Shown one piece after another: positions 51,372-57,393 of a DNA stretch of 57,393 nt. The position numbers and the translations under genes were made by a program. This stretch comes from Bdellovibrionota bacterium FG-1. GTDB lineage: Bacteria; Bdellovibrionota; UBA1018. The notes under the pieces are model-generated. The model was not told where the DNA came from. It saw only the letters and a list, made by a program, of their open reading frames with translations, and searched no databases. Numbering within the stretch: the first letter of the stretch is position 1; each line of letters begins with the position of its first letter. Where the stretch lies: assembly GCA_051382295.1 (NCBI GenBank), contig JBBCAW010000074.1, positions 1 to 57,393 of the forward strand, written 5' to 3'.

Positions 51372-52694
51372 ATGAGAATCTTATTTACCTTTTTCGTCAT
51401 CGTCCTAACTTGCCCCATTGGAACATCGGCAAATGCAGAAGAATTGCTAAGTTTTGGCAACCTCACTCGCGTGGTGGACCAAAACCTCAAAAACGATGAT
51501 ATAGCCCGTGAAAATCACGCCAACCCCTCTGACGACAATCGTTGCGAAAACATTTTTCATCAAATTGAGAAAGTCGAAGAGTCGATTCGAACCAAAAGGT
51601 CCAAAAAAAATGCCAATATTTCGCCACAAGCAACCAAGGCTGTGCAGTTGATGGCAGCATGCTTGAAACGAAGGCAAATTTCCTTTCACACGGAAAAAAC
51701 AAGAATCACCATTGCTCCAAATCAAGACGGTCCTTTTCTTAATCAATTGGCCTTTTCGGTAGGCGTCCTCAACCCCTCATGTAGATCAGATGTTACCCAA
51801 TGCGTTCGTCTGGTTTATGACCCAACCGATGATCAATATCAGGCGAGCGCCTGGTATGATACAGCGTCGATGAGTATTCATCTGGGATCCTTTCTCGCCC
51901 TTATGAATTCATTCACTGAAGTTTTTCTCCACGAGGCAACCCACGCCAGCTATGGAGTAACTCCGGGACCATTTCAAAACAATCTCGGATGCGAGCAAGA
52001 CGAGTGTTTCAAACTGGATCAGAAATACCTGCAAATCTCACACAGTTCGATAGAGGGCGGCACTGTAAATGCCGGTAACATGGTTGCAGGTTACGAAGGT
52101 GGCTATAGTCTCGGAGAGATCGACGCGTTCACCACCGAAATGGTGTTGAAAATAACACGACTGAAAGGCCTTTACCAACACCCGATCGCGCAATCCATTC
52201 AATACATTAGCGTCGCCGTAACCTCAAAAGCGGCAATCAACGGTCTGAAAAATCTCACGCGCAACGCCATTGAAAAAATGGAAGCACTATTCTCGAAAAA
52301 TGAAGATTACCAGGTATCGTTTTTAGCCTTTGATTACTGGAATAAAGTAAAAAACTGCCCCAAAAACACCGAAGTGGTCGCCGTGCATTTCAAAAAGAAT
52401 GGAGTCATTTTCGGAGTTCCCCTCTCTTGTACTCCAATCACAAATGAAGACGAGGTTCAAAGCGAACTTGAAAAAACAGGAAAAGCCGCTGAACTCCTAG
52501 CGTTAGCTTTGACAAGAGCAAACTCTACCTTGCTCGTTTTGAAAGACATCGACAAAGCTCTAGATGGCATTGTCTCCGCGGCAGCGTTATTAAAAATGAA
52601 TCCCGACCAAGATCGCGAGACTATCGAGATTCTATTTGAGAATACAAAATCACTTTACGAAAAGATTCAGAAATACCGAGAATTGAGTTTTTAA
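51372..52694 (+). CDS. Secreted hypothetical protein with HExxH motif
   Basis: Signal peptide ending ANA; FLHEATH; 440-aa ORF, visibly AT-richer. Confidence 0.75.
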   Translation: MRILFTFFVIVLTCPIGTSANAEELLSFGNLTRVVDQNLKNDDIARENHANPSDDNRCENIFHQIEKVEESIRTKRSKKNANISPQATKAVQLMAACLKRRQISFHTEKTRITIAPNQDGPFLNQLAFSVGVLNPSCRSDVTQCVRLVYDPTDDQYQASAWYDTASMSIHLGSFLALMNSFTEVFLHEATHASYGVTPGPFQNNLGCEQDECFKLDQKYLQISHSSIEGGTVNAGNMVAGYEGGYSLGEIDAFTTEMVLKITRLKGLYQHPIAQSIQYISVAVTSKAAINGLKNLTRNAIEKMEALFSKNEDYQVSFLAFDYWNKVKNCPKNTEVVAVHFKKNGVIFGVPLSCTPITNEDEVQSELEKTGKAAELLALALTRANSTLLVLKDIDKALDGIVSAAALLKMNPDQDRETIEILFENTKSLYEKIQKYRELSF

Positions 52695-52809
52695 TACGTG
52701 GCCCCCGAGTGCGTAATTTCGAACTTGCAACATACTTCCGACATTTCATTATCTGCGTTTGGTTTGAAATAATGAATCGCCGGTCACGGGGAGGTGCGTT
52801 GCAATCCGT

Positions 52810-53247
52810 TCATGCAGATTCACTCAGGTGTGGATCGATTTTAGTGATTGTAGTAACTCCCAAGGTAGTGAGTATTTTTTGAATCTTTTCAACGGAAGCT
52901 CCGTGATACTCGTTGGCCTCATCACGAGAAATCTGTGACTCTTTTACGCCCAACTTAGCGGCCAGTTCATTTTGCTTAAGACCTTTAGATATTCTGAGTG
53001 CGATAAGAATCCTTCCAATGCCATTAAGGTTGATGATGTCCTCAAAGTTTCCACGCATCAGACGTTCGTATTCTTGAATTTCTTCTTCCAACTGAAGAGT
53101 GAATGAGGCGAGAGGATCTAAGGCCAAATGAAGCTGATCTTGAGTTAAGCCGGCCGCTTTCAGTTTTGCGTGCTGATCTTCAATCATTTTCTCTTCGCCC
53201 TGAAGCCGCTGTTTCGCTTCATTGTATTCTTTATCTGTCTTGATCAT
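52810..53247 (-). CDS. XRE-family HTH protein (antitoxin-like)
   Basis: MIKTDKEY N-terminal helices; LRISKGLKQNELAAKLGVKESQISRDEANEY. Confidence 0.85.
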   Translation of the reverse strand: MIKTDKEYNEAKQRLQGEEKMIEDQHAKLKAAGLTQDQLHLALDPLASFTLQLEEEIQEYERLMRGNFEDIINLNGIGRILIALRISKGLKQNELAAKLGVKESQISRDEANEYHGASVEKIQKILTTLGVTTITKIDPHLSESA

Positions 53248-53258
53248 ACCTACCTCCT

Positions 53259-53825
53259 TTACTTTTTAAGTTTCACAATTCCTTTTTCAATGAAACCTCG
53301 TCGCGATTGGCGAAAGGCAGAAGGGAACTGCATATTGTGACCAAACCTGTCTCGAATTCCAGAAAACATCCCCTCAAAATGAAGGTACAGTTCAACGCGG
53401 TAACGAATCCACATGGGGAGTTGGCTTTTGCCAGTGCCGGGATCGTAGATTCGGCTTTGAGGATTCCAAGTCCAAATCTTGTAGGGATCGAGGTTGTTTA
53501 GGGCGGAAACTTTTTGTGCGATGGGGAGCATATTTGCTGGATCAATAACTTTGATTCCAGTGTCGATATACCCGTCGATGTCATTGGGATGATCCTTGTT
53601 TTCGACGAACGACCCATCTATAAAAATGTCAGTGAAACCCACCTGCCACAGCTGCTTTGAAAGAAGCTCCAAATTTGAAACGAGATGTTCTCGCCATTTT
53701 GAATCCCAAGTTGGTGACGATCCATCTCCGTGGACAAGAAGGCTATTGCGCAGTTCCGCAAAAGTTGCGTCGTATGTTCCTGGCGCCAGCACGTGTGTTG
53801 GTTCAAACTTGGTCGGAATTGGCAT
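53259..53825 (-). CDS. DUF6932-like nucleotidyltransferase-fold protein
   Basis: LAPGTYDAT; IFIDGSFVENKDHPNDIDG (hGS...DhD); C-terminal KGIVKL; AAGGAGGT RBS. Confidence 0.7.
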   Translation of the reverse strand: MPIPTKFEPTHVLAPGTYDATFAELRNSLLVHGDGSSPTWDSKWREHLVSNLELLSKQLWQVGFTDIFIDGSFVENKDHPNDIDGYIDTGIKVIDPANMLPIAQKVSALNNLDPYKIWTWNPQSRIYDPGTGKSQLPMWIRYRVELYLHFEGMFSGIRDRFGHNMQFPSAFRQSRRGFIEKGIVKLKK

Positions 53826-53974
53826 GTTACCTCCTTAATGGTAATAATAACAAATAAGTTAAGTTAACTCAATTGGTCACTTAACTTGTATAAAATATGA
53901 ATAAATTCAAATACATATTTTCGATGTTTGCGTGATGGTCGTCGTACATCCGCGTTATTTGGCCTAATCGATCT

Positions 53975-54007
53975 CAACTTGACAATACCATCAAGTTGTG
54001 GCAATCT
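53975..54007 (+). promoter_or_regulatory. Promoter/operator of TA module 1
   Basis: TTGACA-17-CAATCT; palindrome CAACTTGA-N8-TCAAGTTG over the -35. Confidence 0.6.
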
Positions 54008-54192
54008 ACAGAAAGATGAGTGATCCGCGTCGCAGCCATCCCCTGACAGTCCTCTTCAACGATCGGCGCTTTTTGCGCGTAGAGATTGATCAAGCAGCTG
54101 GATGGGAAGACCAGTCCGGCGGTGGATGAGGATAACGGTTTTAAGTTTTTTGTAGAACATCCGTCGTTTCAGGGAAAACTCTATCGGATCAT

Positions 54193-55853
54193 GGCAGCGT
54201 CGCTTGAGTGGTGGAAAATCTGGAGAGCTTCCAGGGTGAGTGAGGGTTGATTACACCGATGCTGTGTGCTGACGCAAGCAGTAAAGAGTCTTTGAGGCGC
54301 TGTGAGTGTAGTTTTTTGAAAATCCTCTCCGACACCTCCTTCATAATTGGGTTATAGGGCACGATCTCCCGGCTCATAGGGGTAGAGGTACCCCTCCAAG
54401 AATCAATTCTCAGCCCTGTTTCAAGAAAATGGTGGGACCGAAGACTTCAACTCATGCGGCTTCATCCAACTTAAATTCAAGTTGCGTGATCATCTCCACC
54501 TTCTCATTACGAAGACGCTTCCAGAGGGCAACCACCAAGTCGTTGATCTTGAATCCATACTTCCCCACTGCGTAGCGTTTGCAAGTTGCGTAGACGAGCG
54601 AAAGACAACCATTTTCATCAGGGTGACGCCCAATCACGTCGAGCCTGCGTCGGATTTCTTTGTTCAAACGCTCCAAGCGATTACTCGTGCGAATCCGCTT
54701 CCAATGGTTGGATGGAAAAAGAAAAAAAGTTAGGGCTTGATCGAGATCATTCTCAAGTCGGCCGACGGCGGAGGGGTAGATTTTGATATACTCCCGCTTG
54801 AAAGCCCGAAAGGCTTCCTTGGCCTGCTCTAAACTCGTCGCTCCATAAAATATTTTATTGAGCTTTGGTCTTACCTCTCCATGCTTCTCTTTGGGGATTG
54901 CATCCAGCACATTGTCCATCTTGTGTTTCACGCAACGTTGCCGCCAACTGGTCGGAAAACACAGATCGATTGCCGCGATCACGCCTTGGTTCCCGTCGGA
55001 GGCGACCAAAAGTGGATCAACCAACCCCCGACTCTTGAGGTCGGCCACAAACTTTTTCCAGGTATCGCCGCTCTCGGAGTGCCCAATCCCGACACTGAGA
55101 AGTTCAAAACTCCCATCTTCCATGCATCCATAAGCCAGAAGAACCGCCTGTTTTGCCGTATTTTCTAGCCGGATTCCGATTCGGATTGCGTCTAAAAAAA
55201 GGTAAGCAACCTTCTTTTCCTTGAGGCTCTGTGTCTTCCACGCCTTGAACTCATCACGTAACCTCTCTGTGATTCGCGAGACCGTTGAACGCGAAAGGCG
55301 GGCCTTCTCACCGGTCACGGCTTTGAGCGCCCTCTTCACCTTTCGGGTGCTGACGCCCTGGACGTACATCTCGGTCACAGCCTGAGCAAACTCTTCGGGA
55401 CGCCTCATGTAAGGGGTATGAAAGCGGGATTTGAACTCCGGGGCGTTTACGAGCCTCTGACGATCGTAAACCACAGTTCCAATCGGCGTGTCCACCGTGG
55501 TCTTGCGAAACCCATTGCGTTCACCTTGAGGAGGACTGGCCCCATCTGGGAGCCGCTCGTAGGCTTGGTACCCCAGGAACTCGTCGATCTCGGCTTGGAC
55601 GAAATGTTTGAGCAGCGCCTGGCTCCCGTTCTGGAGCAGGGTCATGAGGGTAAGGCCCTGCATCCCTTGGGGCGCTGTGTCCAAAATGGATTGAACGATT
55701 CCTTGCTCTTGATCTTCAGTCAGTTTACGTTTCTTGGCCATAGAGGGTCTTCTTTCCTTCTCCCAAAGGGGAGGGTTGGATGGTTGATGATTAGCGTCAC
55801 CACCCATCCTGGAAGACTCTCTTTTAAATTTCCACCACTACCGGGACTCCGCC
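54193..55853 (-). mobile_element. IS256-family insertion sequence (1661 bp) with 8-bp target duplication CGGATCAT
   Basis: Duplication at 54185-54192 and 55854-55861; imperfect terminal IRs GGCAGCGTCGCTTGAGTGGTGGAAA / GGCGGAGTCCCGGTAGTGGTGGAAA. Confidence 0.9.
54452..55741 (-). CDS. IS256-family (Mutator-like) transposase
   Basis: RNGFRK, MYVQGVSTRKV, YLFLDA, ASDG, QRCVKH, RTSNRLERLNKEIRRR. Confidence 0.93.
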   Translation of the reverse strand: MAKKRKLTEDQEQGIVQSILDTAPQGMQGLTLMTLLQNGSQALLKHFVQAEIDEFLGYQAYERLPDGASPPQGERNGFRKTTVDTPIGTVVYDRQRLVNAPEFKSRFHTPYMRRPEEFAQAVTEMYVQGVSTRKVKRALKAVTGEKARLSRSTVSRITERLRDEFKAWKTQSLKEKKVAYLFLDAIRIGIRLENTAKQAVLLAYGCMEDGSFELLSVGIGHSESGDTWKKFVADLKSRGLVDPLLVASDGNQGVIAAIDLCFPTSWRQRCVKHKMDNVLDAIPKEKHGEVRPKLNKIFYGATSLEQAKEAFRAFKREYIKIYPSAVGRLENDLDQALTFFLFPSNHWKRIRTSNRLERLNKEIRRRLDVIGRHPDENGCLSLVYATCKRYAVGKYGFKINDLVVALWKRLRNEKVEMITQLEFKLDEAA

Positions 55854-55927
55854 CGGATCATCCTCACTTACTCAAATGAGGATTTTTTAGGCGTCGTAAA
55901 TGCGTTTCGAGTGAAGGAGAAAAAAGT

Positions 55928-56269
55928 ATGAGCAGGAATAAATGGCCATCACGTGAAGCGATTGAGCGGCTCACAAAAAAGGTTGAGGAAAACCCTGAAC
56001 TTTACGTGAGTCACGGTTTGCCTTCAAACGCGCCTGAGAAAGATCGAATTAAGTACGAACTTTGCGGTGAGTTCATTAAATACATGAACCGACATGAGAT
56101 CACCCAACGGGAATTAGCTAAGCGGATCGGAATTGACGAAGCGTTAATCAGTAAAGTGGTCCATTACCACATTGATGAATTCAGCCTGGATCGACTCTAT
56201 GATTTTCTGAACACGCTGGACTCTGGCCTGACTTTGAAAGTAACGAGAAAGAAGGAAGAGGCCGCCTAA
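55928..56269 (+). CDS. XRE-family HTH antitoxin (HigA-like), module 1
   Basis: ITQRELAKRIGIDEALISKVVHYHIDEFSLDRL; ATGA overlap with the remnant toxin. Confidence 0.82.
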   Translation: MSRNKWPSREAIERLTKKVEENPELYVSHGLPSNAPEKDRIKYELCGEFIKYMNRHEITQRELAKRIGIDEALISKVVHYHIDEFSLDRLYDFLNTLDSGLTLKVTRKKEEAA

Positions 56270-56282
56270 CCACAACCTCTAC

Positions 56283-56334
56283 TGAGTCGTTATACGAAAG
56301 CAAAGTTCCTGTTTTTACACAGCTTTGGGGACTG
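56283..56334 (+). repeat. 52-bp direct repeat, copy A
   Basis: 46/52 identical to 57204-57255 by manual alignment. Confidence 0.85.
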
Positions 56335-56392
56335 TTTGTTGGACGTAAAAAGTTAGACGTGCATAGGTTTCGGTTTCCCGTAAGAAGTTTTT

Positions 56393-56422
56393 CTTGTCAG
56401 AACTGACAAGTTCGGGTAAGAT
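56393..56422 (+). promoter_or_regulatory. Promoter/operator of TA module 2
   Basis: TTGTCA-17-TAAGAT; palindrome CTTGTCAG-AA-CTGACAAG over the -35. Confidence 0.65.
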
Positions 56423-56430
56423 CGGTTTTA

Positions 56431-56727
56431 GTGATGACTGCGCGGCGTAGCTACCCCATCCGAATCACAGTGAACGGACGAGAGATCGACGAAGTAGTGA
56501 TCGACCCTCACTATGAAGTCAATCATGCCGAGTCGATTAACGACGACTTGATTCTTGAGTTGGTGAGGCTTTTGGCTGAAAAGTTCTATGAAGCCACGGC
56601 GGAAAAGGATGGGTTCGAGTACTTCGTTGTAGATCCCTTGGAGTACGGCGGGTTCAATTACCGGCTGGTTTGGTTACTCGAGGACGAAAAGCTTTACGTT
56701 GGAGTTGTGAACGCGTTTCGGAGGTGA
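56431..56727 (+). CDS. Putative type II toxin (RelE/HigB/BrnT-like size and position)
   Basis: 98 aa, upstream of an HTH gene; C-terminal YRLVW...VGVVNAFRR. Confidence 0.6.
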   Translation: MMTARRSYPIRITVNGREIDEVVIDPHYEVNHAESINDDLILELVRLLAEKFYEATAEKDGFEYFVVDPLEYGGFNYRLVWLLEDEKLYVGVVNAFRR

Positions 56728-56732
56728 GTTCG

Positions 56733-57086
56733 ATGCCAAAAAGCAAGAAGATCCAAGCACGAAATTCGAATGTACGTTGGCCGAGCGAAGAAGCGCTTAA
56801 GGTCATTCGTGAACGTCTTTCGTCGGAGGAGATCGAAGGAAGCCGGGTTCTGGGACCCAATGCCCCGCTGGCCGAACGTATTAAGCAAAATCTTTGCAGT
56901 AAGATCGTCGAATATCGAGCCAAGCACCAGATTACGCAAAAGCAGCTAGCCGAGAAACTGGGTGTCGATGAACCGGAGATGAGTCGGATTCTTCACTATC
57001 AGATTGACCGCTATTCGATTGATCGCTTGATCGGATACTTGGAGATTCTCTACCCCAAGGTGAGCTTCGAGGTGTCTGCAGCCTGA
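56733..57086 (+). CDS. XRE-family HTH antitoxin (HigA-like), module 2
   Basis: GGAGGT RBS; WPSEEAL, ITQKQLAEKLGVDEPEMSRILHYQIDRYSIDRL; paralog of 55928..56269. Confidence 0.82.
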   Translation: MPKSKKIQARNSNVRWPSEEALKVIRERLSSEEIEGSRVLGPNAPLAERIKQNLCSKIVEYRAKHQITQKQLAEKLGVDEPEMSRILHYQIDRYSIDRLIGYLEILYPKVSFEVSAA

Positions 57087-57203
57087 AGCCTGCGTCCGTC
57101 TTCGCGGGCCTTGTTCTGACGTCGTCAGCCCCCGTAAAAACGCGCGGCCCTTTCAGGGCTTACAACTTTTCGACACTTTTTAATATCGCAAAGCGGTTTC
57201 TGG

Positions 57204-57255
57204 TGAATCGTTATGCGAAAGCAAAGTTACTGTTTTTATACATCTTTGTGGACTG
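57204..57255 (+). repeat. 52-bp direct repeat, copy B
   Basis: TGAATCGTTATGCGAAAGCAAAGTTACTGTTTTTATACATCTTTGTGGACTG matches copy A. Confidence 0.85.
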
Positions 57256-57310
57256 CTGGCTTGAATGTACCCAGGGCGTATTTACGGTCCGGTTTGAGCT
57301 AAAAACCGTG

Positions 57311-57391
57311 CTAAGCTGCTGCGCCCTGCTCGGCGGCAGCCTTCGCTCGGGCCGCCTTTTTCTGCTCCCAGAGCCAGCGCACATAACCCAA
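57311..57391 (-). CDS. 3' end of a gene entering from beyond the window (...LGYVRWLWEQKKAARAKAAAEQGAAA*)
   Basis: Open frame from the window edge to TAG at 57313-57311; protein-like composition. Confidence 0.4.
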   Translation of the reverse strand: MGYVRWLWEQKKAARAKAAAEQGAAA

Positions 57392-57393
57392 TG

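Larger units (their letters stand above)
54016..55931 (+). pseudogene. Disrupted toxin-like gene, paralog of 56431..56727, split by IS256
   Basis: MSDPRRSHPLTVLFNDRRFLRVEIDQ / frameshift / QLDGK...GFKFFVEHPSFQGKLYRI / IS / ILTYSNEDFLGVVNAFRVKEKKV*, collinear with the intact paralog. Confidence 0.8.

Noticed and set aside
56264..56358. Integron attC site (GCCTAAC...GTTAGAC)
   Set aside because: The core sites fit loosely, but the inner L boxes and internal palindrome do not pair, and no integron integrase is in the window.
362..56939. Many short ORFs in the six-frame track overlapping assigned genes (e.g. 23447-24127, 41389-41910, 46318-46917)
   Set aside because: They are antisense or alternate-frame shadows of well-supported genes and show no recognisable motifs.
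46144..57271. TGGGTAC/GTACCCA as terminal IRs of the island
   Set aside because: Only 7 bp, with no extension or target duplication; expected by chance.
1..57393. CRISPR array, rRNA or tRNA genes
   Set aside because: No regularly spaced repeat-spacer series, cas genes, rRNA-like stretch or cloverleaf recognised by eye; a covariance-model scan was not possible.

Overview
Bacterial chromosomal window, most likely from Bdellovibrionota/Oligoflexia (inferred from TIGR02147-type regulators, a Bdellovibrio-type HNH gene and many secreted hypothetical proteins). The core (about 5.4-46.0 kb) holds housekeeping and metabolic genes: S9, M3 and M23 peptidases, acyl-CoA dehydrogenase, two two-component systems, fbaB, a YebC-family gene, a cyclophilin, cmk, LPS heptose genes, a ribD-ribE-ribBA-ribH operon with a coupled CDF exporter, an HD-GYP protein, nadA, a thiamine-type ABC transporter, icd and mdh. 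The left accessory region (1-5.4 kb) has an IS end truncating an outer-membrane protein gene, a TIGR02147 regulator with secreted proteins, a protein-glutaminase-like gene, and an HNH gene carrying a 26-bp palindromic insertion with a 6-bp duplication. The right accessory region (46.2-57.3 kb) is an island rich in toxin-antitoxin (TA) and defence genes: AbiEi/AbiEii, a second TIGR02147 module, a nucleotidyltransferase-like gene paired with an HTH gene, and two paralogous tandem toxin/XRE-antitoxin modules. These modules share an operator architecture and each is followed by a 52-bp direct repeat. The first toxin is inactivated by a deletion and an IS256 with an 8-bp target duplication. No rRNA, tRNA or CRISPR array was recognised. 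Family assignments come from motif recognition only; no database searches were run.
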